Assembly: GCA_036504095.1 (NCBI GenBank)
Contig: DASXVS010000024.1
Span: forward strand, 145,257-209,256
Reading direction: 5' to 3'
Source of the DNA: Armatimonadota bacterium
GTDB taxonomy: Bacteria; Armatimonadota; DTGP01; JAKQQT01
Length of the DNA stretch: 64,000 nt
Position 1 is the stretch's first letter. Each line of letters opens with the position of its first letter. Positions 27,311 to 37,675 of this stretch are shown in pieces. Made by a program: the position numbers and the translations under genes. The notes beneath the pieces are model-generated. The model worked only from the letters and a program-made list of their open reading frames with translations. It was not told the origin of the DNA and did not search any database.

Positions 27311-28333
27311 CTACATGGTTCGTCCAAGCGCTTCCACCAGGGGTTTCAGTTCGCCCATCAACCTCCTGAAATCCGAGAAGGTGAGGCTCTGCATGCCGTC
27401 CTTGAGGGCGGTTTTCGGGTTGGGGTGGGTTTCGATCATCACGCAGTCGGCGCCGGCGGCCAGGGCGGCCTTGGTGCTGCCGCCAACCAGTTGCCAGCGG
27501 CCCGTTCCGTGGCTGGCGTCGCCGCAGATCGGCAGGTGGCTGCGCATGGCGACCTCGCCGATGGCGTTCACGTCCAGTACGTTGCGGTACGCCGTCTCAA
27601 ACGTGCGAATGCCGCGTTCGCAGAGGATGATGTCGTAGTTGCCGCGGCTGGCGATGTATTCCGCCGCCTGCAGCCACTCCTCGATGGTGCTGGCCATCCC
27701 ACGCTTCAGCATCGCCGGGATGCGCGTCTGGCCGATCTCCTTCAGAAGGCTGAAGTTGGACATGTTGCGCGTGCCGATCTGGAAGATGTCCGTGTACTCT
27801 CCCACCAGTTCCACGTCGCGCGTGTCCATCACCTCTGTAATGATGGGCAGTCCGGTCTCCTGCTTGGCTTCGCGGAGCAGTTTCAGGCCCTCGATGCCCA
27901 TGCCGTGGAAGGAGTACGGCGAGGTGCTGGGCTTGTACGCGCCGCCGCGCAGGATGCGCGCTCCCGCGGCCTTGACCACTCGCGCCGCCTCAAGGATCAT
28001 CTCGGGGCTCTCGACCGTACACGGCCCCGCCATGACGACGACCTCCGGTCCCCCGATCTTCACGCCGCACACGTCAATGACCGTTTTCTCCGGGTGGAAA
28101 TCGCGGTTGACGAGTTTGTACGGCTTCGCGACGATGACCACGTCCTCGACCTGCGGCAGGCCGATCAACTGGTCCTTCAGGACGTTCTTGTCCTTGTCCG
28201 TGAGGCCGACGGCGCCCATGATGGTCTTCTCCGCCCCCTGCGAAAGGTGGATGGAGAATCCCTGGCTTTCGAGAAAGGCTCTGACCTCCTGTATCTCCCC
28301 TTCTCCTGCACCTGTTTTCAGAATGACAATCAT
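27311..28333 (-). CDS. aroF: 3-deoxy-7-phosphoheptulonate (DAHP) synthase, type I-beta, with an N-terminal regulatory domain
   Basis: KPYKLVNRDFHPEKTVIDV...VMAGPCTVES...GAYKPSTSPYSFHGMG...ICGDASHGTGR are DAHP-synthase signatures. Confidence 0.85.
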   Translation of the reverse strand: MIVILKTGAGEGEIQEVRAFLESQGFSIHLSQGAEKTIMGAVGLTDKDKNVLKDQLIGLPQVEDVVIVAKPYKLVNRDFHPEKTVIDVCGVKIGGPEVVVMAGPCTVESPEMILEAARVVKAAGARILRGGAYKPSTSPYSFHGMGIEGLKLLREAKQETGLPIITEVMDTRDVELVGEYTDIFQIGTRNMSNFSLLKEIGQTRIPAMLKRGMASTIEEWLQAAEYIASRGNYDIILCERGIRTFETAYRNVLDVNAIGEVAMRSHLPICGDASHGTGRWQLVGGSTKAALAAGADCVMIETHPNPKTALKDGMQSLTFSDFRRLMGELKPLVEALGRTM

Positions 28334-28750
28334 AATCGCTTTCCCCTTTATGTTCAGACCTGCGTTATTGACTCATTCTAGCGCGAGCAGACCGGCGGCA
28401 TCGGCCCGGAGGGTTGGCGACAAGCGGCGTGGGGCACGCGCGCACGAACTACTGCCCTCAGCCCTTCTTGATCACCAATACGTTGGACGACGCATTCGAC
28501 GGCGTGGCGCCTCCGTCCAGGTTCGTGATGATCCACATCGATGCCGACGTGAAGTAGTACACGCTGGATTGACCGCGTACCCCGCCCGCTGCCAAGGATT
28601 AGTGTCGAAGGGAAAGCGTGACCGTGCCGTCTGGATTATCTCCTGATTTTCGGCTGCGGAAAAGTCGAAAGCGTCGATTGCGTGTGGACACGGAAAACGG
28701 CTACCAGACAGGCATGTGAGAGACGACCTGCAGGCTCGGGGAACCCCCGG

Positions 28751-29626
28751 TCAGCGCCTCGACTGTGCGGAGGGGATGATGATGCGTGGCGCCTGCGTGT
28801 GCGTGTTCCGCCATGCTCCAAACAGCAGGACGGGTATGAGCGCCAGGAGGGCGGAGGCTTTGGCCCGGCGGGGAAGCGGTTCCGTGCGGTCCCAGCGGAA
28901 CAGCCGCGTGGCGATTGTGAAGGCCGTCGCGGCCATCAGCGCCAGGGCGCACAGCGCCACGCCGTCGCTCTCCAGCGAAAAACCGCCCAGCATTACGTGT
29001 TTCAGCGGCGTTACCAGGTGGGTGGGAGGCAGAAATTGCGCGAACTGGCGGACCCGCAGGCTGTACATCTCCAGCGGAAAGGTGAGTCCGCTCAGAAAAA
29101 GCGTGCCCATGAAGGACATCTGCATGAGCAATTGGGCTTCCTGCATGGTCGATGCTATCGCCGCGATGACGAGGCCCAGGCTGGCCATCGAAATGGCCCC
29201 GACAACAGTCACGAGGAGAAAAGGTCCCACGGGGAAGTCGAGCGGAGCGTGGTATACGACCTTGAGCATCAACAACTGCACGCCCAACGTGAAAGTGAGC
29301 ATGGCCAGTCCCGCGAGCACCGTGCCGGCGAGCAGCCCTCCGGCGCCGAGCGGCGTCAGGCGATATCTCCGCAGCATCCCGCGCTCCCGCTGGACCACAA
29401 CGCCCAGACCCTGACCGAAGAACGAGCTTGTGATGATCGAGAGCCCCACGAGCATGGGCATGATCTCACGGACCTCTTCGCGCCCGCCCTTGCCCAGCGC
29501 GGCGCCGAATGCCACGGTGAAGAAGAGCGGAAACAGCAGGCTGAGCGCCATTGCTTTCCTGTCGCGCATATAGAGCTTCAGCGTGATTCGCGCGAGAGCG
29601 ATCGCGTTGGAGAGGACCCGGATCAT
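28751..29626 (-). CDS. ABC-2 type transporter permease
   Basis: 6-TM hydrophobic protein. Start MIRVLSNAIAL overlaps the ATPase stop (ATGA). The longer ORF N-terminus is spurious. Confidence 0.7.
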   Translation of the reverse strand: MIRVLSNAIALARITLKLYMRDRKAMALSLLFPLFFTVAFGAALGKGGREEVREIMPMLVGLSIITSSFFGQGLGVVVQRERGMLRRYRLTPLGAGGLLAGTVLAGLAMLTFTLGVQLLMLKVVYHAPLDFPVGPFLLVTVVGAISMASLGLVIAAIASTMQEAQLLMQMSFMGTLFLSGLTFPLEMYSLRVRQFAQFLPPTHLVTPLKHVMLGGFSLESDGVALCALALMAATAFTIATRLFRWDRTEPLPRRAKASALLALIPVLLFGAWRNTHTQAPRIIIPSAQSRR

Positions 29627-30585
29627 GGGGCAGCCTCCTCGGCGCCCGTGAGTTCCAGGTAGAGGTCCTCCAGCGTCGGTTGGATGATGGATATGCTCTC
29701 CAGCGATGATTCGCGGTTGTCGAGCATCCGCACGAGCGCGGCGACGGTCTCGGCCGGCCGCCGTGTGCTCAGCCATGCGATATCGTCTCGCAGCGTCACA
29801 TCCGCCACCGTTGGCAGGCTGCGCAGAACGTCCTCCCCAACTCCGGGAACGATTCGAACGCCAATCCGGGCCAGGCTGGACGCCCGCGACCGCAGTTCCT
29901 CGGGCGTTCCGATGGCCTTCAATTCACCCTGAGCGATGATCGCCACGCGGTCGCATAGCCGCTCGGCCTCCTCGATGTAGTGCGTCGTCAGGAGAACAGT
30001 CTTCCCGTCCGCGCGAAGTTGAAGTATGATCTCGTGCAGGTCGCGCCGCACCTGGGCGTCCAAGCCGGCTGTGGGTTCGTCGAGGAAAACGAGATCCGGG
30101 TCGTTCACCAGCGTCAGCGCGAGGGCCAGGCGCTGCTTCTGTCCGCCGGACAGCGTTTCGTAGGTGGCGTTGCGCTTGGCCTTCAGATCGAACCGGGCCA
30201 TCAGCGCGGAAAGGTCCACTCGGCGGTCATAGAACCCGGCATAAAGGGACAGCGCTTCGCCGACCTTGATCTTGTCCGGCAGCATAGTGTCCTGCAAGGC
30301 CGCGCCGATACGTTGTTTGAGATCCTGGGTCTGGCGCCATGGATCGAGGCCCAGAACGCTCACGCTGCCTGCATCGTAGGCGCGCAAGCCTTCCATGATT
30401 TCGATCGTGGTGGTCTTGCCGGCGCCATTGGGCCCCAGCAAGCCGAAGATCTCCCCTCGCCTGAGGTCAAAGGAGAGTCCGCGCACCGCCTCGACTTCCT
30501 TGTAGCGTTTGCGCAGGTCGCGAACGCTGGCGACGGCTGCGCCAGCCGTCTCTCGTTCTTCAGTGATTATTCGCGTGTCCTCCAT
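29623..30585 (-). CDS. ABC transporter ATP-binding protein
   Basis: Walker A GPNGAGKTT, signature LSGGQKQR, Walker B LVFLDEPTAGLD. Confidence 0.85.
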   Translation of the reverse strand: MEDTRIITEERETAGAAVASVRDLRKRYKEVEAVRGLSFDLRRGEIFGLLGPNGAGKTTTIEIMEGLRAYDAGSVSVLGLDPWRQTQDLKQRIGAALQDTMLPDKIKVGEALSLYAGFYDRRVDLSALMARFDLKAKRNATYETLSGGQKQRLALALTLVNDPDLVFLDEPTAGLDAQVRRDLHEIILQLRADGKTVLLTTHYIEEAERLCDRVAIIAQGELKAIGTPEELRSRASSLARIGVRIVPGVGEDVLRSLPTVADVTLRDDIAWLSTRRPAETVAALVRMLDNRESSLESISIIQPTLEDLYLELTGAEEAAP

Positions 30586-30610
30586 GCGCTGCGTAATGCT
30601 CCGCTACCTG

Positions 30611-31309
30611 TCAGCTTTCTGTCGGCATGTGGATGTACATGCTCTGGATGCCGAGTCGTCCGGGGCCGGTGAACCGGTTGAAGACGAATGAACCCGCGCT
30701 GGCGAAGAGCCCTGTGGCCAGCCCCTGCCGCACGGTCTCCATCTGGACGCTCTGATCCTTGTAGATCCAGCCGCCGGGCTCAACGTCGATCTGCTCGCCG
30801 GGCCCCAGGTTCACTTCAAATACGTTTCCGTATCCGTGCAGCCACAGGATGCCTTCGCCCGAGACGCAGCGAAAGGTGTCGATGAAGAAGCCCGTTCCGC
30901 CGAACATCATGTTGGCGATTCCCTTCACGCGCTGGAAGGAATAGTCCACGTTATCCGTGGCGGCGAGGAATTGATGCTCGCGGACGTCGATGCGCTGGCC
31001 CGTCGCGAGGTGCATCGCGAATACGTGGCCGGCGCCGTCCCGGCTGAACGCAATCTGGCCGACGCCTGTCGCCTGCGTCACGAATACCTGCATCCCGGCG
31101 AACATCCTCCGCATCGCGCCGGCCAGCGGCTTGACCCCCACGTTGACCTGGGGCGATTTCCACAACAGCGTGTAATGCTCGAAATAGATCGGCATCCTGC
31201 CGTCCAGTTCAACGTGCAACGCCGGCACGAGTTCGCCCTCGATGTGGTACGTAATATCCCCGAAGCGTTCATTCTGCAAGCTGGTTGGCAACAAACCTGG
31301 GAACTGCAT
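30611..31309 (-). CDS. AIM24-family (TIGR00266/DUF124) protein
   Basis: MQFPGL...ITYHIEGELVPALHVELD...FAGMQVF...GFFIDTF is an AIM24 pattern. AGGAGG RBS before the internal ATG. The upstream ORF extension is unlikely. Confidence 0.65.
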   Translation of the reverse strand: MQFPGLLPTSLQNERFGDITYHIEGELVPALHVELDGRMPIYFEHYTLLWKSPQVNVGVKPLAGAMRRMFAGMQVFVTQATGVGQIAFSRDGAGHVFAMHLATGQRIDVREHQFLAATDNVDYSFQRVKGIANMMFGGTGFFIDTFRCVSGEGILWLHGYGNVFEVNLGPGEQIDVEPGGWIYKDQSVQMETVRQGLATGLFASAGSFVFNRFTGPGRLGIQSMYIHMPTES

Positions 31310-31487
31310 CCATCTCCTCCTGATTCCATGAACAGTAATGCGTGGGCGCGGACGCCCAGCCTGATATCGGGCGCGCACGGCGCCATCTAGACGCTTCGGC
31401 GTCCAGCCATTTTTCGCGGTTCGCCCGCGCCGGGTTGCAGGCGATCGGCCATAGACGCCGCAGGCGTCGATACTGGAGCAATAACGT

Positions 31488-32759
31488 ATGTTGGGACGAA
31501 GATCGGCCCTTTCCGAGTATATCCCCTTGGCCCTCGCCGGAGCGCTCTGTGCAGGCTGTTCCGCCTCACGGCCCGCCCGCGCGCTGCCGGCAGCGACCGG
31601 TGATTCCGCCGCCGTTTCCCCGGCGGAAGGCAGGCCAGTGTCGCTTCCCCCACCGTTTGCGACGCCTTCGGCGAACAACGGCCCGCGCGTTGTGCCGCCG
31701 CCGGTCGATGCACTGCCAAAGGTCCCGGCCGGCTACACCGTGGCCTTGTGGACCGCCGATGCACACAACCCGCGCAACGTGGTGCTTGCGCCCAATGGCG
31801 ATGTGTTTGTGGTCGAATCCAACCGCGGCCGGGTTCGGGTCTTCAGGCCGGCGAAAGGCGATTACTCGAAGCCCGGCGAGCAGTTCGTGTTCGCCCAAGG
31901 CCTTCGTCAGCCGTTCGGGCTCACGTTCTATAAGAACTGGGTCTACATCGGCGACACCGACGCGGTTGTCCGGTTCCCGTACAAGCCGGGGCAGACGAAG
32001 GCAGTCGGTGAACCACAGCGCATCACGGAACTGACGCCGGGCGGTTACAACCAGCACTGGACCCGGAACGTCTTGGCCGATGTCCGTAACAACAAGCTAT
32101 TTGTCAGCGTCGGCAGCCGAACGAACGTGGATCCGGAGGAACCGCCGCGGGCGAGCATATTACAGATGAACCCGGACGGGTCCGCCCGCCATACATATGC
32201 GAGCGGACTTCGCAATCCCGTGGGACTTGCGATCAACCCGGATACCGGCCGACTGTGGACGGCTGTGAACGAGCGCGACAATCTGGGCGACGATCTCCCG
32301 CCGGATTTCGTGACGGAGGTCAAGCCCGGCGGTTTCTACGGCTGGCCGTACGCGTACATCGGGCCCCACGAAGACCCTCGGCGCAAGGGTGAGCGCCCCG
32401 ACCTGGTGGCGAAGACCATCGTGCCCGACGTGCTCGTCGGCGCCCACGTCGCCGCCCTGAACCTCGCCTTCAACCCCGGGAGAATGCTTCCCGGGAAGGG
32501 AGACGCGTTCGTCGCTCTCCACGGCTCGTGGAACCGCGCCCGGCGGGACGGATACAGCGTCATCCGCATCCCGGTGAGGGCCGGCCGCCCGGCCGGTCCG
32601 CCGTCGGCTTTCCTCACCGGGTTCGTACTCCCGGACGACAACGTCTGGGGCCGCCCGGTCGGCATCTGTTTTCTGCCGGATGGGTCCTTACTCGTCAGCG
32701 AAGACGGCAACGACCTTATCTACCGCGTAACGTACGGGAAGCGTCCAACCCGCCGCTAG
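31488..32759 (+). CDS. lipoprotein, PQQ-dependent soluble sugar (glucose/sorbosone) dehydrogenase family
   Basis: Lipobox LCAGCS. sGDH-like beta-propeller motifs (RNPVGLAINPDTGRLW, GGFYGWPY). Confidence 0.7.
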   Translation: MLGRRSALSEYIPLALAGALCAGCSASRPARALPAATGDSAAVSPAEGRPVSLPPPFATPSANNGPRVVPPPVDALPKVPAGYTVALWTADAHNPRNVVLAPNGDVFVVESNRGRVRVFRPAKGDYSKPGEQFVFAQGLRQPFGLTFYKNWVYIGDTDAVVRFPYKPGQTKAVGEPQRITELTPGGYNQHWTRNVLADVRNNKLFVSVGSRTNVDPEEPPRASILQMNPDGSARHTYASGLRNPVGLAINPDTGRLWTAVNERDNLGDDLPPDFVTEVKPGGFYGWPYAYIGPHEDPRRKGERPDLVAKTIVPDVLVGAHVAALNLAFNPGRMLPGKGDAFVALHGSWNRARRDGYSVIRIPVRAGRPAGPPSAFLTGFVLPDDNVWGRPVGICFLPDGSLLVSEDGNDLIYRVTYGKRPTRR

Positions 32760-32777
32760 GCCGTACTACAGCGCTTC

Positions 32778-35312
32778 TTGAGAGGAACTGAGCCCATGGA
32801 TTCTGGCGCGCCGACACCCACCCGGGGAAAGCTGCGGATGACGCTGGCATGCGCCCTTTCCCTTGTGATGCTTCACGGACCGCACTCCGCGGCTGCCGTA
32901 AACGTCCTGACATACCACAATGACAACGCGCGCACGGGGGCGAACGCGGCTGAAACCGTGCTGACGCCTGCCAACGTGAACGCGTGCGGGTTCGGGAAGG
33001 CCTTTTCGCAGGCGGTTGACGGCCAGATATACGCGGAACCTCTCTACATGGCGGACATGCCGATCAGCGGAAAGGGAACTCACAACGTCGTGTTCGTTTG
33101 CACGATGCACGACACGGTGTATGCCTTCGACGCAGACAGCGCGTCTGGCGACAACTCCGCGCCGCTGTGGTCGCGCACATTCACAAACCCGCCCGGTGTA
33201 ACGTCCGTGCCAACTACCGATCTGGGGAACGGCTACGGGGACATAGAGCGGGAGATTGGCATCTGTGGCACGCCGGTGATCGACGCAGGCACCAACACGA
33301 TGTACCTCGTGGCCAAGACGAAAGAGACCTCCGGCGCCACACCCGCCTACGTTCAGCGCCTTCATGCGCTTGATGTAGCCTCGGGAGCCGAGAAGTTTGG
33401 CGGCCCCCTCACGATCTCGGGTTCCGTTTCCGGCACGGGTTACAACGGCGCGTACGGGGTCATTGAAGACGTCTCGCACGGGGTTGCGTTCGATCCTCGC
33501 AATGAGAACCAGCGCTCAGCCCTCCTGCTTGTGAACGGGATCGTCTATGTCGCGTGGGCCGCGCACGAAGATCACGACGCCTATCACGGCTGGGTCATGG
33601 CTTTCACCGTCAACCAGCCCACTCAGACCCTGACCCGCTACGCGGTCTTCTGCGCGACGCCCAACGGCGGACGGGCGGGCGTCTGGCAAGGAGCGGGCGG
33701 ACCGGCGGCGGACGGATCGGGCGCTATCTATTTCGCCACCGGCAACGGCTCTTTCTCGCCCGCGACATCCAATTACGGTGATTCCTTCCTGAAGCTCAAC
33801 CAGGGAGTCGGCCCGCTGACGGTATCAAGTTACTTCACGCCGTCCAATCAGGCCGGCCTGGATGCCGCGGACGCGGACGTAGGTTCCGGCGGCCCCCTTC
33901 TCCTTCCCGATCAACCTGGAACACACCCTCACGTCATGGTGGGCTGCGGAAAGGAAGGCAAGATCTACCTTTTGAACCGCGACAGCCTCGGCGGATATGG
34001 CGCGGTGGATAACGTGTTGCAGGAGATCGGAGGGGCTAATAATGGCGTGTGGGGAGTGCCCGCATACTGGAATTCGCACGTCTATTTCGGCTCACAGGGG
34101 GATGCGCTCAAGTCATTCGCCCTAGCCAATGGCCAGCTGTCAGCCGGTCCGGACTCAAGGTCGGCGGCGACCTTCGGCTACCCCGGCGCCACGCCGGTGG
34201 TCTCGGCTAACGGGAACACCAACGGCATTTTGTGGGCCCTCAACGTGGGATCCTATGGCTCGGATGGTCCCGCGGTGCTGTACGCCTATGACGCCAGCAA
34301 CCTGGCGAGCGAGCTGTACAATTCGAACCAGGCCGGCGCGCGGGACGTCATGGGCCAGGCCATCAAATTCGCCGTGCCCACGGTGGCGAACGGCAAGGTC
34401 TACGTCGGCACGGGCACTGAATTGGACGTTTTCGGGCTTGGCGCGCCCCTTGGCATCGTGAACGCCGTCCCGATGGGTAACACCTCGGTCCGCGTAACGT
34501 TCACGTGCCCGTTGGACAGCACGACCTCGCAGGCTGCGTCGAACTACGTCCTGGACAATGGCGCCGCCGTCATCGCCGCGAATCTGGATTCAAGCGGCAC
34601 GGTTGTAACGCTGACGACATCGCCTCTTCTGACGTTTGTCCCTTATACCTTGCGCGTCACGGGCGTTCTTGACCGTTCCACCCCGCCCCGGGCCATTCCA
34701 CCCGGCGCCAGCGTCACGCTGTCGCTTTCCGGTCTTTCCGGTCTGACAGGGTCCTACTTCACGAACATCAACCTCAGCGGCTCGCCCGCCATTGTCCGCG
34801 TGGATCCGATCATCGATTTTGACTGGAATAACTCGCCTCCCGATCCGGCGATCGGGATGGTGACGTATAGCGTCAGGTGGACCGGATATTTGCGAGCGCC
34901 GACGTCGGGGCCTTACACGTTCTACACGGTGACGGACGACGGAGTGAGGCTGTGGGTGAACGGATCGAAGCTGGTGGATGCGTGGGTCGATCAGGCTCCA
35001 ACCGAGCACTCGGGCGCCATCACGCTTTCGGCCGGCGTGCGGTACCCTGTCACCGTCGAATTCTATCAGAACTACGGCGGTTCGGTGGCCCGGCTGCTCT
35101 GGAGCGGGCCTTCGATCGCCAAGGCCGTCGTTCCGTCCGCATCGTTGCTTGCGCGCGGTTACAACTATATGGACGTTGCCTACGCATTGAATGCAGCGGG
35201 CGGCCTTCAGAATGCTATGAGTGCGCCCGCCCTGATTTCCGGCGGACAACTCGATATTCGCGGCGTGACGCTGCTGATTCGCAAGGCCGCCGGACTGGAT
35301 GCCAACCCGTGA
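32778..35312 (+). CDS. large secreted protein: N-terminal PQQ-like beta-propeller, C-terminal PA14 domain
   Basis: Signal peptide [14 protein letters not shown] (a start at 32838 is possible). Propeller-like GS/GT-rich repeats. PA14-like segment [13 protein letters not shown]...[17 protein letters not shown]. Confidence 0.6.
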   Translation: MRGTEPMDSGAPTPTRGKLRMTLACALSLVMLHGPHSAAAVNVLTYHNDNARTGANAAETVLTPANVNACGFGKAFSQAVDGQIYAEPLYMADMPISGKGTHNVVFVCTMHDTVYAFDADSASGDNSAPLWSRTFTNPPGVTSVPTTDLGNGYGDIEREIGICGTPVIDAGTNTMYLVAKTKETSGATPAYVQRLHALDVASGAEKFGGPLTISGSVSGTGYNGAYGVIEDVSHGVAFDPRNENQRSALLLVNGIVYVAWAAHEDHDAYHGWVMAFTVNQPTQTLTRYAVFCATPNGGRAGVWQGAGGPAADGSGAIYFATGNGSFSPATSNYGDSFLKLNQGVGPLTVSSYFTPSNQAGLDAADADVGSGGPLLLPDQPGTHPHVMVGCGKEGKIYLLNRDSLGGYGAVDNVLQEIGGANNGVWGVPAYWNSHVYFGSQGDALKSFALANGQLSAGPDSRSAATFGYPGATPVVSANGNTNGILWALNVGSYGSDGPAVLYAYDASNLASELYNSNQAGARDVMGQAIKFAVPTVANGKVYVGTGTELDVFGLGAPLGIVNAVPMGNTSVRVTFTCPLDSTTSQAASNYVLDNGAAVIAANLDSSGTVVTLTTSPLLTFVPYTLRVTGVLDRSTPPRAIPPGASVTLSLSGLSGLTGSYFTNINLSGSPAIVRVDPIIDFDWNNSPPDPAIGMVTYSVRWTGYLRAPTSGPYTFYTVTDDGVRLWVNGSKLVDAWVDQAPTEHSGAITLSAGVRYPVTVEFYQNYGGSVARLLWSGPSIAKAVVPSASLLARGYNYMDVAYALNAAGGLQNAMSAPALISGGQLDIRGVTLLIRKAAGLDANP

Positions 35313-36019
35313 TAAACAATCCAGAGACCGGACGACGTGGTTTCACGCTCATCGAACTGCTGGTGGTGATAGCCATCATCGCGATTCTCGCCGCGATACT
35401 GTTCCCGGTTTTTGCGAGGGCGCGCGAGCAAGCGAAACGCTCCGCCTGCGTGAACAACCTGAAGCAGATCGGCACGGCGATGGTCATGTACCTGGACGAC
35501 AACGATCTCCGGATGCCGGACCGCCGCGATCTGAAGACGTCGCTCCCCGGCGGATACCACCCGTGGACATCCTGGCCGGCGTCTGACCCGCGTTGCGGAT
35601 GGGCTGCGCTCGTGCTCGGGCCCTACATCCGCTCTAACGATATATGGAACTGCCCGTCGATCGTCGGGTCGCCATTGGGAAAGGCCGTTCAGGTGGTCCA
35701 GCGACTGTCCAATACCGATACCGCGACGACGAGCTACTGGATGTGGAGGTTTGACCGCCCAGACGACCCGACGCCGCCGACGGATATGTGGGGCAAGACT
35801 CCGGAGCACGCCATTGCCGACCTCCGCGCGGCGAACGACCCGAACGCGGGGGTTCCGAACAGCGCCGCCGATGTCGAACTGGTGGTGGATCCGTACTTTC
35901 CGAAGACCATCCCGACGGTGGCGGCCGAGCTGAAAGGGCGGTCCGTGCATATGGGCGGGCGGAACCGCCTGTTTCTGGACAGCCACGTCGCATGGCTGCA
36001 GGACGCGCGCACGATGTGA
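35309..36019 (+). CDS. prepilin-type N-terminal cleavage/methylation domain protein with DUF1559 (H-X9-DG) C-terminal domain
   Basis: [25 protein letters not shown] pseudopilin N-terminus. C-terminal [17 protein letters not shown]. Start at GTG 35309 is uncertain. Confidence 0.65.
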   Translation: MINNPETGRRGFTLIELLVVIAIIAILAAILFPVFARAREQAKRSACVNNLKQIGTAMVMYLDDNDLRMPDRRDLKTSLPGGYHPWTSWPASDPRCGWAALVLGPYIRSNDIWNCPSIVGSPLGKAVQVVQRLSNTDTATTSYWMWRFDRPDDPTPPTDMWGKTPEHAIADLRAANDPNAGVPNSAADVELVVDPYFPKTIPTVAAELKGRSVHMGGRNRLFLDSHVAWLQDARTM

Positions 36020-36047
36020 TGGCGCCGCCGCCGGCGAACGCGACATA

Positions 36048-36686
36048 ATGCCCTTGATGAAGAACGATAAGCACGCGACTGAACACGAGGTGCGCGAGGC
36101 GCTCGCCCGCGGCGGGTGCGCTATCTGCGGGCTGAATCGACGGGCCGTCGAGGGCTGGATCCAGAGCCTGCTGCGCGAGGGCATCACGGATGTGAAGGCG
36201 CGGCTCCGCTTCCGGGAGGCGGGAGGGCTCTGCGGAGAACACACGAGGCTGCTTGAGGACAACGGCAGCCCGCTCGGCGTCTCCATCCTGCTTCACGATG
36301 TGCTTACCCAGACCTCCCCGGCGTCGTCCGGCCGGCGCCCCGCACCGAGGTGCGGCGCCTGCGCCTACCTGAAGGAGACCGAAGCGCGCTACGTGGACGC
36401 GCTCGCCACCGCCCTCGTCTGGCCGGAGGTTCAGGCATCGTTCCAGTCCTCACCAGGACTCTGCGTGCCGCATATCCAGCGCCTCGTCCGCCGCGCCCGC
36501 CGCGGGACCGACCACTGGGTCCGCATGGCCTGCGCCGCACATCTGGAGCCGCTTATCTCGGAACTCGCCGAGATCATCCGCAAGCACGATTACCGCTACG
36601 CCGCGGAGGCATGGGGCGACGAAGCAGATGCCTGGCGCCGTGCCGCCGCGCGCTGGAGCGGCGAATGCGTGGCGACTGAGAAGTGA
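36048..36686 (+). CDS. hypothetical Cys-rich protein with two internal repeats of CxxC-(x32-34)-CxxH (putative zinc binding)
   Basis: GGCAICG...GGLCGEH and PRCGACAY...PGLCVPH. Confidence 0.5.
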   Translation: MPLMKNDKHATEHEVREALARGGCAICGLNRRAVEGWIQSLLREGITDVKARLRFREAGGLCGEHTRLLEDNGSPLGVSILLHDVLTQTSPASSGRRPAPRCGACAYLKETEARYVDALATALVWPEVQASFQSSPGLCVPHIQRLVRRARRGTDHWVRMACAAHLEPLISELAEIIRKHDYRYAAEAWGDEADAWRRAAARWSGECVATEK

Positions 36687-36689
36687 GAG

Positions 36690-36760
36690 TTGAGTATTGA
36701 GAATTGAGGGTGACCGCCTGGCCTCAAATCTCAATTCTCAGGTCTCAGTTCTTGTTTAGC
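36690..36760 (+). terminator. stem-loop (11 bp stem TGAGAATTGAG/CTCAATTCTCA) followed by a T-rich tract; candidate intrinsic terminator
   Basis: gagtattgagaattgagggtgaccgcctggcctcaaatctcaattctcaggtctcagttcttgttt, directly after the 36048..36686 gene. Confidence 0.5.
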
Positions 36761-36882
36761 AAACCTCGCCCCCCGTTCTATATGTCTTTGAATGCGCGCG
36801 ATATCGCGCGCTATCATATTGCTTGCATCCGGCGGAATCACCCGCCGTGCGGCAAACCCACCGTCGGAAAGGAGACGAGAAA

Positions 36883-36948
36883 CGTGAAGAATATCTTGGT
36901 CAATGCAGCCCCCTGTTGCTCGCCCCGTTCCGGCAATCCCCGGCCGTA
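36883..36948 (+). CDS. candidate small ORF (21 aa) MKNILVNAAPCCSPRSGNPRP
   Basis: Strong RBS GGAAAGGAG 8 nt before the GTG start. Intergenic position upstream of the ECF sigma gene. Confidence 0.3.
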
Positions 36949-37069
36949 GGTTTCCCTTGAGGCGCTGATCGCCTCATACACCTCCCGGCTCTCCATTTCG
37001 AACCGCTGGAACGCGGGCCAAGCGCTCGTGCGTCGTATTCGTTCGTCTTGTATTGGAGAGTTACCCGGG

Positions 37070-37615
37070 ATGAATCCCCTGTTGGACAGCGCACGGACCG
37101 GTCATATCCGGCCGTGCTACGAAAATGCCAGAAACGGTGATCCGCGCGCCACGCGTGCCGTGGTGGATGCGCTGCGTCCGCGCGTCTCACGCCTGGCCCA
37201 GCACTATGCCCGCGTCACGGGCGAGGACGTGGACGACTTGCTGCAGGACGCGATGGTCGGCCTGCTGGAAGCCCTGCCCGTGCTCGATACGCGCATCGGG
37301 CAGCCGGAGCCGTACCTGATTCAGCGCGCCAAGTGGCGGATGCTGGACACGATCAAACGGCAGCGCCTTCGGCGCTGCGTGCCACTCGATGACGCCGTGC
37401 ACGAAGTGACAACCTCTCGCAGTGACGGCCCCGCCGCCACAGTCCACGTCCGGGAGTTCACCGGCCAGCTACCGGAGAACCAGCGCGCCGTCCTCGACTG
37501 CCTGATGGACGGAATGACGTGGCGTGAGGCCGGCGACGTTCTCGGCTGCACGTCCGCCAACGTCGCGTACCACGTACGCCGGATCCGGATGGCCTACGAA
37601 AAATGGTGTGGATAG
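37070..37615 (+). CDS. RNA polymerase ECF-type sigma-70 family factor
   Basis: Region-2 like VDDLLQDAMVGLLEA. Region-4 HTH MTWREAGDVLGCTSANVAYHVRR. Start chosen at MNPLLD. Confidence 0.7.
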   Translation: MNPLLDSARTGHIRPCYENARNGDPRATRAVVDALRPRVSRLAQHYARVTGEDVDDLLQDAMVGLLEALPVLDTRIGQPEPYLIQRAKWRMLDTIKRQRLRRCVPLDDAVHEVTTSRSDGPAATVHVREFTGQLPENQRAVLDCLMDGMTWREAGDVLGCTSANVAYHVRRIRMAYEKWCG

Positions 37616-37675
37616 CACGCATGCGGGGGGACGCCTCCCGTATGCGGGCATCTGGATCGGCAACGGAGGATCGAC

